Source: Thermodesulfobacteriota bacterium
Lineage (GTDB): Bacteria > Desulfobacterota > Desulfobulbia > Desulfobulbales > SURF-16
DNA: 17,655 nucleotides
Reading direction: 5' to 3'
NCBI GenBank assembly: GCA_039715015.1
Contig: JBDLIE010000054.1
Span: 1 to 17,655 of the forward strand
The position numbers were made by a program, and so were the translations under genes. Under the pieces are notes generated by a model that was not told where the DNA came from, made no database searches, and saw only the letters and a list, made by a program, of their open reading frames with translations. This document shows positions 16,805 through 17,655 of this stretch, in pieces (position 1 is the stretch's first letter; every line of letters begins with the position of its first letter).

Positions 16805-17374
16805 CTACTCAGTTAGTAATTTTCTGGCTACTTCTTGAGCAGACTCGATAGGCCAAATTGCGTTGTAGTTTTGACTAGCAACAATAGCTCCCTCAACTAA
16901 AACATAAACTGCTTTTGTTGTATTGGTTGCATTTTGTTTTGGGGATACAATATCCGAGATTATTGCATGTAGATATTTTTGAAGACTATCTTTGTGTTTT
17001 ATTACTTCGGAACGAATTTTTGAATCTGATAAGGGTATTTCTGAGGCAATATTTAAAAATGCACAACCTCGATAGTTACTATCTTGCATCCATTTCTTTA
17101 AAAATGAAAAGACAGCTGATAGTTTTTCTTTATCTGTTTTATTATTCTCGACATGATCTTTTAGCCAACCCATCCAAACACCATGACGGGCTTGGAGATA
17201 GGCAACACACAAGGCTTCTTTTGAATGGAAATTGGAATAAAAGGTTGCCTTTGCAACTTTAGATTCCGCAATAATTTGATTAATACCTGTCGCCAAGTAT
17301 CCTTGCTTATAAAAAAGATCAAGGGCTGTTTCGATTATACGGTCTCTGGCATTATTTTCATTTTTGATCGGCAT
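16805..17374 (-). CDS. TetR/AcrR family transcriptional regulator (NemR/YxaF-like)
   Basis: RDRIIETALDLFYKQGYLATGINQIIAESKVAKATFYSNFHSKEAL helix-turn-helix; YRGCAFLNIASE; LVEGAIV. Confidence 0.93.
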   Translation of the reverse strand: MPIKNENNARDRIIETALDLFYKQGYLATGINQIIAESKVAKATFYSNFHSKEALCVAYLQARHGVWMGWLKDHVENNKTDKEKLSAVFSFLKKWMQDSNYRGCAFLNIASEIPLSDSKIRSEVIKHKDSLQKYLHAIISDIVSPKQNATNTTKAVYVLVEGAIVASQNYNAIWPIESAQEVARKLLTE

Positions 17375-17380
17375 GACAAC

Positions 17381-17409
17381 AAAATAAGGTAGACAGACCT
17401 GTCTGTCAA
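17381..17409 (-). promoter_or_regulatory. sigma-70 promoter of tetR overlapped by operator
   Basis: TTGACA (17409-17404)-17 nt-TATTTT (17386-17381); operator GACAGAC-CT-GTCTGTC at 17392-17407; ATG follows the -10 hexamer after 6 nt. Confidence 0.7.
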
Positions 17410-17442
17410 TTGTTTTTTATATGTGGATGCTTGGTTTTGGAA

Positions 17443-17561
17443 ACCTAACGTCTTGATCACCAGCCAAAAGGTGAACTGTGAGTTAGCCTTTTAGCACCGT
17501 AAACACGTAATTTATTTACTTCTAAAACCGGCGTTCCTTTTGGTCTGGTGCATTAAATTGT
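17443..17561 (-). mobile_element. Integron attC site interrupted in R'' by a group II intron
   Basis: - strand [..A]AC-AATTT-AATGCACCAGACCAAAAGG ... CCTTTTGGCTGGTGAT-CAAGAC-GTTAGGT; R' fits GTTRRRY; R'' is cut at TTGT| on the + strand. Confidence 0.85.
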
Positions 17562-17655
17562 GTACGCCCGGCATGGGCGTGAACTAGTGGGGTTCAAGTC
17601 CCCTGTGGGTGTTCCTGTGTTAGGTGTGAAACTTAACATGAACCACTAGCCGAAG
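17562..17655 (+). mobile_element. 5' end of group IIC(-attC) intron (continues beyond window)
   Basis: GTACGCCCGGCATGGGCGTGAACTAGTGGGGTTCAAGTCCC resembles class IIC 5' ends (GTGYGCCCGGCATGGG...); starts right after TTGT on the attC bottom strand, antisense to the cassettes. Confidence 0.82.

Noticed and set aside
17588..17604. GGGGTTCAAGTCCCC resembles a tRNA T-arm
   Set aside because: No acceptor, D or anticodon arms can be built; it fits a domain I hairpin of the group IIC intron.
15345..17655. Integron integrase or attI in the window
   Set aside because: No tyrosine recombinase ORF is present, so the array cannot be classed as a complete integron versus a CALIN from this window.

Overview
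Bacterial chromosomal window whose gene content suggests Desulfobacterota/deltaproteobacteria (inference). The left part (198-7095, + strand) holds envelope genes: a DUF3300/DUF2950 pair, a CxxCH lipoprotein, cfa and a large MscS-family channel. The middle (7301-13372) is a cluster of mostly RNA/translation-linked or poorly characterised genes (YajD HNH, DUF2058, spermidine-synthase-like, CvfB S1 protein, RhuM-Fic, YaiI, Sui1/YciH), headed by a radical SAM enzyme that resembles the peptide epimerase YydG/EpeE but has no obvious precursor. A B12-binding radical SAM gene on the - strand is preceded by a c-di-GMP-I riboswitch with an overlapping terminator. The right end (15345-17655) is the distal end of an integron-type cassette array on the - strand. 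It contains one intact attC, one half attC and one attC interrupted by the 5' end of a group IIC-attC intron. Its cargo is a small secreted protein and an AT-rich, self-regulated TetR + DJ-1/PfpI cassette. No integron integrase is visible in the window. All family calls come from motif recognition; no searches were run.
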